Shown: one piece after another, positions 11,699-25,101 of the stretch
Numbering within the stretch: position 1 is the stretch's first letter
Layout of the letters: the number at the start of each line of letters is the position of its first letter
Assembly: GCF_001194135.2 (NCBI RefSeq)
Contig: NC_068984.1
Location: 127,771,002-127,826,641, forward strand
Direction: 5' to 3'
Source: Octopus bimaculoides
Taxonomy: Eukaryota
DNA length: 55,640 bases
The notes under the pieces: generated by a model
Told to the model about the DNA's origin: nothing
Seen by the model: the letters and a program-made list of their open reading frames with translations, nothing else
Database searches by the model: none
Translations under genes and position numbers: made by a program

Positions 11699-13419
11699 AT
11701 GGATTGTCATTTGGCTTTTTTTAATACAAGTGAATAGGAAGTGGCATAGACTTTAGTAGTCTTATGGAATAAGATCTGTGAAAAGATTAACAGAACCCTG
11801 ACTGAACATTTCCCTATAAAACTGAAAGTTCATCAGAACCATAAGGTAAAAATACTGAGGCCGATGTTAATGTAGTGATGGAATAAATCTTTGAGGTTAG
11901 AATCTGTTGAAGTTTTGAACATTGGTTAAACTGACATGTTTTCATACTTATCTAACTTTATTAATTTCAATAATAATATTTAGTTATTCTACTGATATTG
12001 AACCAATAACCTCTTGTTTTACGCCCCATTCTCAAATGGCATGTCAACATTACATCAACACATCCAAATGGCAGAGTACTTTCTTTGATCTTTATGTTCA
12101 GTTCTTGAATAATGTAGTTGTACAGCTCCTGTTTCTTTTAGTGCTGTCTCAACATCATTTCAGACTTGACTACTCCCCAAATCCCAAATCTTAGTCTGTG
12201 TGTGTGTGTGTGTGTGTGTGTGACCTAGTTTTTCAGAACTTCTTAAAGGAATGCTACATGTAGAATGTTACTAGTGTTACCTCTATCTGACATTTATTCC
12301 CAACTGAGGAGTTCTCGATGATCAGGTCAATAGATGTCCAAAAGAATTTTGGCAACACTAACAACAGAACAATGTAGAAATTTGACTGCCTTAGGTTATG
12401 TGTATAATAGTGCATGTGTATATGCGTGTGTGTGTGTGTATATCTGTGAACAGACAGATAGATAGACAGACTGTTAAATATGAATTTAGTTTGGAATGTA
12501 ATCATTTTGGTTATTTACTGCCATCCAAACACTGATATGATGGTGTTTCATTTAGAATAGATGAATTATATATTGTAACTGCAAATAATGGTGTATATAT
12601 ATACATATATATATTCTGTATCTTCATCAAACTGTTAGGTAGATTTTTCTTACCTGTATCCATCAATTACTAGTGAATATGTGTGTGAATATTGCTCCAA
12701 ATATTTATATATATTTCTCAACAGAGAAGAGGAAACCAGCATAGAATTTGGTATTTTTGTGGGAATTTTATATGAATAAGACCATAGTATTGATTCCAAT
12801 CCAGGAATTTAATATTCATTCAGGAGGGGAGGAGGGAATTATTTAATTGTCTCATAAAGTTCTACTGCTCATGTTAAATATTTATGTGAAATCATCACAT
12901 AATTCTTTATATGGATATCATTCTGAATCTACTTAAATAATTAGTACACAAGAGATTGCCAAGATTTTAATATTGAGACAAACATAACTCATCTTTATAG
13001 AGATTTTAGAATCAAAGCTATTTTGCTTTTGAAATAAAGTAAAATCTTCTCATTCAAACTCTTTTCCAAACAGTATTCCACTGTGTAAGTTTTTCAAGGT
13101 ATGATAGTATGTGCGCTACTAATATTAGGTGTAATATTTTTCCCCACATCTTTTATTGAAACAGTCTGAAGTCTGTAGATTGTCATGTTGTCAGCACCAA
13201 ACCATTGTTGAAAATTTATCAAAGCAGATTGAAGAAAAATCCATTTTATTTGTCATTCCCTGCTCCCACACTCTTTGTTCCAGTTTCAAATGGTAAACGA
13301 CAACCTTTGCTTTTGTGTTATGAAAACATACTTTTCTTCTTTTATTCTCCAATAACAAGACAACTGTATATTTTTATACCAATTTATCATTCAAATCATT
13401 TTATAGAGATACTCTAATT

Positions 13420-14035
13420 TTGTTTCATATATAGATTTTTTTTTTCTTTTGTATCTTTCATTATTTATTATAATTCTGCTGGGGTTGACTTTGCCTTTCA
13501 TCCTTCCAGGATTGATAAAATAAGTTACAGTCATATGTGCTGGGTAGGAGGGGGAGAGGGTAATTAAATCAACTTCTACCCACCTCTCAAAATATATGGC
13601 TTTGTGCCTATGTTAGAAAACAAAAGATATTTTTATTATGGCAGTGGAGTGACAGAAATGATAGAGCGCCATACTGAATGCCTTATAGTGTTTAGTTTTG
13701 CCTCATGACATTTTGAGTTCAATTCCTGCCAAGGTCAACTTTGCCTTTCATCTCTCCAAAGTTGATAAAGTAAGTACCAACCAATGTATTGGTGTCGATT
13801 CAATTAACTATTTTCCTCCTTTATAGCTTTGGGGCCTTGTGCCAACGTGACAAATCATTGTTATTTATTTATTATTATTATTATTATTATTGTTGTAATA
13901 TCCCACCAGAGTCAACTTTGCTTTTCATCCTTTCAGGGTCGATAAAGTAAAGTACTGGTCAAGTACTGGAGTGGATGTAATCAACTAACCTCCACCCCAC
14001 CCCTAAAAATGCTGGCCTTGAGCCAAAATTTGACA
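13420..14035 (+). mobile_element. Head-to-tail cluster of three SINE family B copies
   Basis: Three repeats of the gtcaactttgcctttcatcc...gataaa..aagtac...ggccttgtgcc core, with a (TTA)n run before the third copy and after the last. Confidence 0.85.
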
Positions 14036-16248
14036 CTTATTATTATCATTATTATTATGTTCAGCATTATGTTAACAAAATTTGATGTTAATTTCCTGTA
14101 ACTCTTCTAGTCTCAGTGTTTGTTTGTTTGTTCCCCACCTTCCACCCGTTTTATTTTTCTCCCCTTTTTTGTTAACCTTGCCTCACGCTATTCTGTATTT
14201 TAAACCTGACTATGGAAATTTGCAGCTAAGTTTCTGAACGAATCCCTCTCATTTATCTATGAAAAGAAATTCTCATTTTAGGGACACATTTATATCTGTC
14301 TGTATGAGCTATAGAAATCTCTTGCTGCTCAACAGTCATCAGATAGTTCTAAATAAAGCAATTCACAGTGTTGTGTTTCACTTCCAACCTTTGGTCTACA
14401 GGCTACATTAATTCCTTATCTATATAGAACAGAACTGATATATTTTGCCTTTTCCCCCAACAGTCTTGGAAAATTGAGTGTCCAAAAACAGTTGAAGATC
14501 TTATTTATTTTTGTGCTTACATCTTGTTATAAACACAAATGGTACTGTAATAATTTTGGTCAGATGGATTTTTCTAGAAGCAATAACACCATCAACTAAA
14601 ACCAAATTCAGAAAACTGCCCTCCACCTTTAAATCTTAAATTCTCAGTTATTCAAGAAATTAGGTCTAAATAAACCTTTTCAAATACCTTCTGCCACTTC
14701 TTAAAATTTGGCATTACTTTGACTACATTTTGTTACAAAGTTTATTTTTTCCACTGAAGAATTTAATATTCCATTCAATCTGTCCAAAGCATCTAAATAC
14801 AAATTAAAACATGCATAGTTTCCTCACTTTGACATATATATGTTTATTTATATATTCATCTACTTACCTGTCTATCTATCCATCTATACCTATCTATCTG
14901 CCTGTCTATCTCTCTGTCTGTCTATCTCTCTGTCTGTCTATCTGTTAATTTATCTATTTTCTTATCTGTCTGTCACGCATGCAGACACATATGCACACAC
15001 ACACACATACACATATGCACACACACACACGCACACACACACACACACACAAACACATACAAGAATGGTAAAATCTCAAACTGGATGACCTGTTTTTTAA
15101 TGAAAATCTTATTTCAAAAACAAAACATGAACAACTGAAGTGATATTTCAAGAAATTTCCTGTGAAAATGAATCTCAAATTAGCAGTACTGGAATCTCTT
15201 CTCCATTTACTTTGCCCATCTCATCTCAGAGTTCAATTCTCACCCTAGCTTTCATAAACCACTACTTCAAGAACTAAAAGTTTTTCTATATAACAAGAAA
15301 TAATTACATGATTTCTNNNNNNNNNNNNNNNNNNNNNNNNNNNNNNNNNNNNNNNNNNNNNNNNNNNNNNNNNNNNNNNNNNNNNNNNNNNNNNNNNNNN
15401 NNNNNNNNNNNNNNNNNNNNNNNNNNNNNNNNNNNNNNNNNNNNNNNNNNNNNNNNNNNNNNNNNNNNNNNNNNNNNNNNNNNNNNNNNNNNNNNNNNNN
15501 NNNNNNNNNNNNNNNNNNNNNNNNNNNNNNNNNNNNNNNNNNNNNNNNNNNNNNNNNNNNNNNNNNNNNNNNNNNNNNNNNNNNNNNNNNNNNNNNNNNN
15601 NNNNNNNNNNNNNNNNNNNNNNNNNNNNNNNNNNNNNNNNNNNNNNNNNNNNNNNNNNNNNNNNNNNNNNNNNNNNNNNNNNNNNNNNNNNNNNNNNNNN
15701 NNNNNNNNNNNNNNNNNNNNNNNNNNNNNNNNNNNNNNNNNNNNNNNNNNNNNNNNNNNNNNNNNNNNNNNNNNNNNNNNNNNNNNNNNNNNNNNNNNNN
15801 NNNNNNNNNNNNNNNNNNNNNNNNNNNNNNNNNNNNNNNNNNNNNNNNNNNNNNNNNNNNNNNNNNNNNNNNNNNNNNNNNNNNNNNNNNNNNNNNNNNN
15901 NNNNNNNNNNNNNNNNNNNNNNNNNNNNNNNNNNNNNNNNNNNNNNNNNNNNNNNNNNNNNNNNNNNNNNNNNNNNNNNNNNNNNNNNNNNNNNNNNNNN
16001 NNNNNNNNNNNNNNNNNNNNNNNNNNNNNNNNNNNNNNNNNNNNNNNNNNNNNNNNNNNNNNNNNNNNNNNNNNNNNNNNNNNNNNNNNNNNNNNNNNNN
16101 NNNNNNNNNNNNNNNNNNNNNNNNNNNNNNNNNNNNNNNNNNNNNNNNNNNNNNNNNNNNNNNNNNNNNNNNNNNNNNNNNNNNNNNNNNNNNNNNNNNN
16201 NNNNNNNNNNNNNNNNNNNNNNNNNNNNNNNNNNNNNNNNNNNNNNNN

Positions 16249-16291
<43 letters not shown>

Positions 16292-16694
16292 TTAATACAT
16301 GACAAAAGAATATGAGTTACATAATCACCTTCTTTAGCTTACAGCTGTTTTTGCTTTAGGATGCAGTGCACTCATAGCAGAGAGCTTGTGTAACTTCCTA
16401 TAGCTTCTTCAGAGCCATTAAAACTAAGTATATGTTTATTTCAAAAAGCAGTCCAAAATAAACATGTTCTGCTTCCTATAGCAAAAACAGCTGTAAGCTA
16501 ATGAAAGTAATTACATAGCATGTTCTTTTGTCATTTAATAGCTGATATTATTCTCTGTACTCACCTGATGTTTTACTCTTAAGCATAAAACAATTTAATT
16601 TCAACAATTGATTATCAGTATTGCCTAAGTGAAATCATAACATATATATATTTATACACACATGGACACACCCTCTCAATGTTGATGTCGTCGT

Positions 16695-16860
16695 TGTTAC
16701 AGTTCTTATTAACAGCAGAATCATTTGAGCATCATATAAATGCACTGTTACGTTTGTTCTGGGTTCAAATCCTGTGAATGTCAATTTTTGTCTTTTATTC
16801 TTCTGGGGGACCAATAAAACATAGTACCACTCAAGTACTGAGGTTGCTAATATTTGTGGC
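16695..16860 (+). mobile_element. SINE family B copy
   Basis: gcagaatcatt...ctgggttcaaatcctg...gtcaatttttg...tagtaccactcaagtactgagg. Confidence 0.7.
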
Positions 16861-16954
16861 CCCATACTGACAATAGAAAATCATCAACATCATTATAGAA
16901 AGTTCTGAAATGGAAGAACGGTAATGATTTTTAATATTCAAATTACATCAAAGT

Positions 16955-17110
16955 ACACACAGTAAAGTTATTGGTATTAGGAAGGGCATCCAGCCATAGA
17001 AACTTTGCTGAAGCTGATAGTGGAGTTCAGTGCAGTTCTGCAGCTTAGATCCTGTCAAATAGTCTAACCCATGCAAACATGGAAAACAGACAGTAAACAA
17101 TGATGGGAAT
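16955..17110 (+). mobile_element. Repeat family C (LINE 3' tail or SINE; gaagggcatccagcc...cccatgccagcatggaaa)
   Basis: Matches the copies at 23040-23600 and 30685-30920 on +, and 17540-17660 on -. Confidence 0.75.
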
Positions 17111-17313
17111 GGGGGTGATGAATGACTTTGCCCTAAATTCTTAAAAAAGGTGATAAAATAAGTTTTGTTCAAGTACTGGGCTTGATACAGTCCACTATAC
17201 TCTAATCACTGAATATCTTGCTAATGTCTTATCTTAGAAAATGATATTATATGGTACAGTAAATATTATCAGCATATATTATTATATATATATATATATA
17301 TCATTATATCTTG

Positions 17314-17344
<31 letters not shown>

Positions 17345-18229
17345 TATATATATTATATCAGTATATTCCTGTATAATCCCAGAGCCACACTAGTTATTGT
17401 TTCTGATTTAGGCACAAGGCCAGCAATTTTGACTGGAAGGGTTAATTGATTACATCAACTCCAATACCTAACTGGTATTATATTTTTGCAACCAGACATT
17501 AGTAATCATGATCATGGTTATAATCGTCTTAATGCTCACTTTCTCATGCTTTCATGGGTTGCACAGAGTTTATTGAGGCAGATTTTCTACGGCTAGATGC
17601 CCTTCCTGTTGCTAACCATCACCTGTTTTCAAGCAGAGTTATATTTCCACATGGTCAGACATGTTTTCGTAGAATATTGGAAATGAATGAGTCTGCTTGT
17701 ATGACAGCAACACTCATTTACAACTACCACTCAAGGCACAGAGATATTAACACACACACACATACATAAAATGGGCTTCGTTCACTTTCCATGAGAGACA
17801 TTACAATTTATTGATTGAACATGATTGACATAACCCTCTTGTCATACAAATAAAGAGAAATATCCTCTCACATAAAATAGAGAGAGAGAAACATTGAAAT
17901 ATCTGATATCAAATAAATCAGCATTGAATCAGTCACACCAAACAGGCAATGCCAAACTGACTGTCCCTATTTCATGGCTAGAACAATTTTATTCTGAAGA
18001 AATATGAAGAGTACTCCGCAAGTGAAAAGTATCAGCTGTCTTAACCAACTAGTACTGTTATTGTTGTTTCTTAAAATAGTGTTACTTATTGGGTTAATAT
18101 ATTAAATATTTTCAGCCAGGGTTAAATTTACATAGAAATGTAAATGACTATAAAATTGGTACATATTATAAATATCAAAGTATAAATATGGTATGGATTA
18201 AGAATAAGTATTTGAAATTCTATTCATGT

Positions 18230-18460
18230 TTAATCCTTTCAGATTACTCAGATTATTCTATCAAATTCAATACTTATTTATTCACATTGTTTTGAATTAA
18301 TCATGCATATATCTCGTAGCTTTGAGATTTTGGTATTGTGATTGTATATTTTTAAAATAACATTGTAGGGTACGTGTAAGAGGTCAGAACTGGACTGTTT
18401 GAACATAAAACAGGTAAAATATTTGTGTTGCATATGACTGGTTTAAATGCTAGATAGTTA
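18230..18460 (-). mobile_element. Dispersed repeat, possibly a piggyBac-type MITE
   Basis: Bounded by TTAA at both ends. It is the reverse complement of 4891-5065. Confidence 0.4.
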
Positions 18461-19029
18461 ATATTGCCACATTTAGTATTGCTGTGAAAGCAGACCATGT
18501 GGTTAAATCACAAGGCTTTTGGCAGCTTGAAATGGAGATTAAACCAACTAGTTTCAGTTTTCATTAAATACTCATCAGTGATTGCTTATTTCTATCTTGC
18601 AAGTTGCTAAAAGAAAGTAACATATACTACTTATAAATATGTTGGCAAAATTATGCTAAGCATAATCTGCCCTAAAGCTCAGTGGTGGGTATTGAGTACT
18701 TCATGCTCACAATTAATTCATAGTGAATGTATTTATTACACAGCTTTTGAGGTAATTTAAATTTTAAGGTATATTTTTTTAATGAAAATACACACACACA
18801 TATGTTATGTTGAAACAGTCTAGAGTAAAGGACCCTGAGGAAACTGCACCGACCATGGTGCAAGGTTGCACATCCAACAACATGCAGTTTGCTGTAGTTG
18901 AAACACATGTAGTTCTGGAGAATATGCTGTAAATAACTGTTAAATAAAATTTATGGATGTGAAAAGTCTCCATTCTCCTTATCATTATTAATGTTATATA
19001 TATATATATATATATACATACATACACAC

Positions 19030-19192
19030 ACATGCACACTAAGCTTCCACACAGTTTCTGTCCACCAAATTTACAAGGCATCGGTCAGCCCAGGACTAAA
19101 AAAAGACACTTACCCAAGCTACCACAGAGTGAGACTGAAACAGAGATCACATGATTGTAAAGTGGGCTTCTTAACCACATAGCAATGCCTCT
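19030..19192 (-). mobile_element. SINE family A, partial copy
   Basis: ttctgtccaccaaatttacaaggc...gacacttacccaag...ttaaccacatagc. Confidence 0.8.
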
Positions 19193-19380
19193 GCATATAA
19201 GAAAAAAATTATATTTTAAAGTAAATATATATATATAAGGTAAAAAACAAAAACTTATATTTAAAATTATCTTTACATTTCGAAGGCTGTGTTTGATCCT
19301 GCTGTATGGTATAACACAACTGCATTAAACCTGGAACCACGTATTTGAAAAACAAACTTCTAAACCACATGGCTTTGCTT

Positions 19381-20347
19381 GGGGAAATAAAAGGGATTTC
19401 AGACTACCAATTTTCAATGGGGGAAATAAAAGGGATTTCAGACTACCAATTTTCAATGGGGGAAATAAAAGGGATTTCAGACTACCAATTTTCAATGGGG
19501 GAAATAAAANNNNNNNNNNNNNNNNNNNNNNNNNNNNNNNNNNNNNNNNNNNNNNNNNNNNNNNNNNNNNNNNNNNNNNNNNNNNNNNNNNNNNNNNNNN
19601 NNNNNNNNNNNNNNNNNNNNNNNNNNNNNNNNNNNNNNNNNNNNNNNNNNNNNNNNNNNNNNNNNNNNNNNNNNNNNNNNNNNNNNNNNNNNNNNNNNNN
19701 NNNNNNNNNNNNNNNNNNNNNNNNNNNNNNNNNNNNNNNNNNNNNNNNNNNNNNNNNNNNNNNNNNNNNNNNNNNNNNNNNNNNNNNNNNNNNNNNNNNN
19801 NNNNNNNNNNNNNNNNNNNNNNNNNNNNNNNNNNNNNNNNNNNNNNNNNNNNNNNNNNNNNNNNNNNNNNNNNNNNNNNNNNNNNNNNNNNNNNNNNNNN
19901 NNNNNNNNNNNNNNNNNNNNNNNNNNNNNNNNNNNNNNNNNNNNNNNNNNNNNNNNNNNNNNNNNNNNNNNNNNNNNNNNNNNNNNNNNNNNNNNNNNNN
20001 NNNNNNNNNNNNNNNNNNNNNNNNNNNNNNNNNNNNNNNNNNNNNNNNNNNNNNNNNNNNNNNNNNNNNNNNNNNNNNNNNNNNNNNNNNNNNNNNNNNN
20101 NNNNNNNNNNNNNNNNNNNNNNNNNNNNNNNNNNNNNNNNNNNNNNNNNNNNNNNNTGGGGAAATAAAAGGGATTTCAGACTACCAATTTTCAATGGGGG
20201 AAATAAAAGGGATTTCAGACTACCAATTTTCAATGGGGGAAATAAAAAGGATTTCAGACTACCAATTTTCAATGGGGGAAATAAAAGGGATTTCAGACTA
20301 CCAATTTTCAATGGGGGAAATAAGAAGGATTTCAGACTACCAAATTT
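19381..20347. repeat. 39-bp minisatellite spanning an assembly gap
   Basis: Unit GGGGGAAATAAAAGGGATTTCAGACTACCAATTTTCAAT. Starts are at 19419, 19458, 19497 and 20158, 20197, 20236, 20275, 20314. Copies are nearly identical with no spacers. Confidence 0.97.
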
Positions 20348-21063
20348 CCTTTCTCAAATTCTCACATCAAGAATCTATACTAAAATTTATGGGCATTTAA
20401 AAGACCACAATTTTAAAGCTTTAAAAAAAAAAAATGCTAGTAAACTTAACTGCAAGGTTTTCCTGAAACTTTTAAAAAATGCTTTGATATAACTTCTCTC
20501 CGTTGCTTCAGATCAATCCTCTGAGAATTCCTCACTAGACATTGAGTTGATTGTTTCCAACACTGATGTAGAGATAAACAACCGAAATGAACCTAAAATA
20601 TATACTGTGGTGACTGGATTAACAGTCAAAAATTTATTTAAGCACAAGCATTCATTTGTTAGCATTAATAAAAAAAAAAAAATGCTCAAACTTTGTTTGA
20701 ATTTATATGGTTGTTGCATGTGACAAGTCTTCACGAACTGAAAATTATGTGGCACAATCCTACCGGAATGGTAGCTTCAAATTAAAAATTTAGTGTGATT
20801 TTTTGGTAGAGCAAAAACGAAAGAATTTTGATTAAAGTTAGTAACAGTTTGAACAAAAAAATGAAATTGTTAGTGTGTTTTATGCATAAGGTTAAATAGC
20901 TTTTATGTAAATAACAGCCTTCTTGAATTTTTTTCCTGGTTCCAGGAGAACCATTACTTTCATTAGGATGAGTGATTAGAAGAGAGATTTATCTAATCTC
21001 TTCCCTGAATTACCCACCAAGAACTAAAAACACACCAGAATGTCCTTTTTGTTAATAGAAAAG

Positions 21064-21208
21064 GTGCAGGAGTGACTGTGTGGTAAGTAGCTTGCTTACC
21101 AACCATATGGTTCTGGGTTCAGTCCCACTGCATGGCACCTTAGGCAAGTGTCTTCTACTATAGCCTTGTGAGTGGATTTGGTAGACAGAAACTGAAAGAA
21201 GCCTGTCG

Positions 21209-21241
<33 letters not shown>

Positions 21242-21432
21242 ATTTGTCCTCCCCACCATCGCTTGACTGTCGATGTTGGTGTGTTTACATACTCATAACT
21301 TAGCAGTTTGGCAAAAGAGACCGATAGAATAAGTACTAGGCTTACAAAGAATAAGTCCTGGGGTTGATTTGTTTGACTAAAGGTGGTACTCCAGCATGGC
21401 CGCAGTCAAATGACTGAAACAAATAAAAGAAT
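21064..21432 (+). mobile_element. SINE family A, near full-length
   Basis: Head ggtgcaggagtgactgtgtggtaag...ggttctgggttcagtccc, internal (TA)n(TG)n, and tail ccagcatggccgcagtcaaatgactgaaacaaataaaaga. More than ten related copies occur in the window. Confidence 0.9.
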
Positions 21433-21648
21433 CCAAAATGGTTAGAACTGAGACAATAATGTGGGAGGCAGGAGGTTATTTGCTCCAACTGGTGTCACTC
21501 TTTCACTGCCAGAACTGATCTTTTTGATGCCAAAAGAAAAAGAAAAAGAAAAAAGAAATTTTAAGAAAACATCAGATGCAACAATGATGACAGCCATGTT
21601 TTTCACCAACTCTTTCTCGCTATCTTTGTTTCTACTTATTTTACATAA

Positions 21649-21932
21649 CTGACACTCCATTAGTTATGATTAGGGTTCTAATTGATCTGACCAAAGAAAC
21701 AGTCTGCTCATGAAATTAATATACAAGTGGCTGAGCACTCCACAGACCCACATACCCATAATGTAGTTTTCAGGGAGATTCAGCGTGACACAATGTGAGA
21801 AAGCTGGCCCTTTGAATTAAAGGTACAACTCATTTTTGCCAGCTGAGTGGACTGATGCAATGTAATATAAAGTGTTATGCTCAAGGACACTTTGCCTCGC
21901 TGGGAATTGAACTTGTGACCTTACAATTTTAA
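21649..21932 (-). mobile_element. tRNA-derived SINE (middle M2 + tail Y)
   Basis: The reverse complement joins ...ccactcagctggcaaaaatGAGT to tgtacctttaattcaaagggccagc...; the tail is shared with 47791-48163. Confidence 0.85.
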
Positions 21933-23039
21933 CAACAATTATATTCACTCCTATTTTATTTCTCATGCAGTATGGCTATGTATCTCCTCTATAGCAAGAC
22001 ACCTACACTTGTCTCTCTATCATACTTTAGCCTCTCAACATACTTTGTCAAGGAGGCTTTTTCCCTTTCCCGTTCTTTTCCTGTTTCACAACTTACTTGG
22101 TGACCTCACTGGTGGATGTCTAGTAGCAAGAGAGGTGGCTTTATATATAGTAGATGTTAAGCAGCTAAAGTGTGATACAGCATGAACAGGTTTCTTACTG
22201 TAGAGAACGTATATAACTACTCTGTATTATACAAGGGTAAAAGTACCTGGAAAAGATGGTGGAGACATGATGTCAGTGTGTACCTCAAGGTATAAGAAGG
22301 TAAGTAAAAAAGAGAATGTAATATAAAGTCTTGTAATATAACATATCACCTACAATATTGATACCTCTTATAAAGTTTTGTAATATGTAATGTAAAGTCT
22401 TGCGACTGCTAATAAAAAGTCGTGTAACAAGTAATATAAAGTTCTATTACATGTAATAAAATGTTCTGTAATATATTGACATATCTCTTGCAGTATTGTA
22501 GCCTATTAGTTCCAATGCAAGCTGATTGAATAATTTCAAATAAGTAAAGCTTGCATGCTGCTAGTCGTACTGAATATTTGTCTTTGATAAAAGCAATTAA
22601 CAGTTCTATTCTATCATAGTGAGATCTGTACAATAAAAGAACGGCTCAGAGAAGAGAGAAATACTGGAATATCACTTTCTTAACAATTTATTCTTGGAAT
22701 TCATTTCTTACATAGGAGAAATAATAAACGACTAATTGCAAAGAGTGTGAACTTTCTTAGTTGATAGTATTTTATATTCAGAAAAATTAATCTTGATTGG
22801 ACATACTTTGAGAAAACTAAAAACATCACTGGCTTCTCTTTTGAATCACAAAATTCACCTATCAAATCAACAGTCTGCCTACTCCCACCTATTCCTGTCT
22901 TTCCTTTTCTCTCTCTCTCTCTCTCTAACCGTTCTCTTCCCATCTTAGGTAGCCATGTTACCCTTTTTAACACAAGACTCCTTTTATTTCTGTCCTTCAA
23001 TGCTACTTGCCTGCTCAGTTGAGGAGGTCTTGTCTTTCA

Positions 23040-23600
23040 AGTCACTTAGTGACCTCAATGCTTGTTGTTGGTGCCACATAAAAAGCATCCAGTACACTCT
23101 GACTGCTTGGTCAGCATTAAGAAAGGCATCCAACCATAGAAATCAGGCCAAAACAGACTGCAGGGATTGATGCAATCTTCTGACTTGCCAGTTACGGTGG
23201 AACCATCTACACCAGTGGTTCTCAACCGAGTTCCATATGGCCCCTGAGGGTCCATATAAGATTTTGGGGAGCCCATGGAACAAAATAGTAAATTTGGGAT
23301 CCACAATAGTATTTTAAGGGCCCCTGAATAAATTTGCTTTAGATATATGCATTGGTATGTATTGCAAGAGACAGGTTTCTTTCTCTAACATTTTGCTTAG
23401 TTCAACCTACACAAGTGAATGAGTGGAAAACATAATAAGAATTTTGAAAGAAGTCTCTATAAAACTAGCTTTCAAATATTGAATGGTTATGGGGGTCCAC
23501 CAGAATAGAATAGTAATCAAAGGAGTTCGTAGATAAAAAATGGTTGGGAATCCCTGATCTGCACCATGCCAGCATGAAAAACAGACATTAAATAATGATG
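23040..23600 (+). mobile_element. Family C repeat interrupted by a hAT MITE
   Basis: The family C sequence stops at 23212 and resumes after 23556 with catgccagcatgaaaaacagacattaaa. Confidence 0.8.
23213..23556. mobile_element. hAT (Buster/Charlie-type) MITE
   Basis: TIRs CAGTGGTTCTCAACC and GGTTGGGAATCCCTG. The 8-bp TSD is ATCTACAC (23205-23212) / ATCTGCAC (23557-23564). Confidence 0.9.
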
Positions 23601-25101
23601 ATAATGATAGTGGTGGTAGTGGTGATGGTGGCGGCAGCAGTAGTGATAGTGGCAGTGATGATGATAATAGATTTATATAGTAATTAAAACCTCTTATTTT
23701 TCTCATATTTACACACAGATTTATATATCTTAATAACCAAAAGATCATTTATCCTACAGTCGATTACAATTGAAAACCAATGACTGAAGTAGCTTCAACA
23801 TTTCTTATCCACTCTATAGAATCCCGTATTTTTCTGTTACACAAGTTTCTGTTCATGTGCTGTATAAAACTGTATCTGACTTAGGTAAGAAAATTGCCTC
23901 ATCCACCATCTTCAACATCAAATTTGCTACTACCTGAAATATATTATATGTATAAAACATTTACTCATGTTTGAGATGTGGAAAACTACTCAGAGCCATT
24001 CCAGAAATTTCTATCACTTTCTGTGATACTGTTTCCTATCAATTGAAATATTCTATGGCAGCAGAGAAATACAGTTCTACAGTTTAACACGTAAGAATCT
24101 GAATAAGAATTGAGTTCCATTGAAATTCCAAGACAATATCTGTGCATGTTTAAAGAAATACCCTGACACATGTTGCTATAAACAACTGCATTCTCAGCCA
24201 TGGAGAGAAATACTCTTTTCACACATAATTTTCAGAATTAAATGGGAATAATTTTCTTTTCTTCTTCCTTTCTTTCCAATCATTCCTGCTTTCTTTTCTT
24301 TTCTTTTTTTCTTCCTTTCTTTATTTCCTAGAATTATTGCAAGATGAAAAATGTTACAATGACAAAAGTATACACTTCTTCACTAAAAATACATCACTGC
24401 TCACTTGAACCTACCTCCCTTTATCTCTCTCATTTTCTTTCTTTCTTCCTTTTTTTTCTTTCCCCTCCCTCTTCCAACCAATTTTAATTTAATACACATA
24501 GATTAGTCTAGACTCATTATTAAAAAGCAACCTATAATATATTCTGCAAATGAGGCTCTGACAATCCAAATATATTTTCCAATAACAAAATTCAAACATT
24601 AATTTTGAAAAATTAAATTCATATCCACCCACCTTCCACCCACAACTAATAGCCTTAATTTCCCTCCACTATGGCTAAAAATTTCACGTATCTTATTTTA
24701 AGTACCTCACAACTAAAATCCTCACAGCCTTCATCATAACTATGTCAGCAAAAATCCTTACAAGCACAGTTTAACGCTTTACTAACTCCTGCACAATTAG
24801 CTAATCAATAAAATTAAATTTCTTTTCTCAATGTCTAAAAATTATTTCATGCTTGATCAATTAATGCTCATCTCCACACCACCATGGAATTTTGTTCCGA
24901 TATCATGCATCAACATAATATAAGCAGCACCTCCAAACTTACATAGGTGAGTCAGTCCTTATCCCTCCTCAAGAATTACCATGTGCGTCACAAGCAATAC
25001 TGCAGAAAATCTGCGGTTTACTATCAGGGAGTGAATAATTATTACAAATAATTGGTCGAGCATGCATGGTTGCCAGCATCTTCAAATTTGCAAACTAGAA
25101 T

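Noticed and set aside
11790-11845. Other CTGANGA...GAAA matches (11830 minus, 9473 minus, 32824 minus, 46014 plus)
   Set aside because: Stem II does not close with a valid pair, or the cleavage triplet or stem I is missing; consistent with chance.
19381-20347. CRISPR-like regular repeat
   Set aside because: The units are directly adjacent with no unique spacers, there are no cas genes, and the context is eukaryotic.
23760-24222. Exon-like or ORF-like segments on both strands near 23760-24222
   Set aside because: There are stops in the spliceable frames and no recognisable domain.
24880-24960. Possible GIY-YIG endonuclease remnant (TYIGES) upstream of the hammerhead motif
   Set aside because: It is a six-residue match with a stop nearby and no other Penelope motif recognised; too weak to call, though worth including in a profile search.
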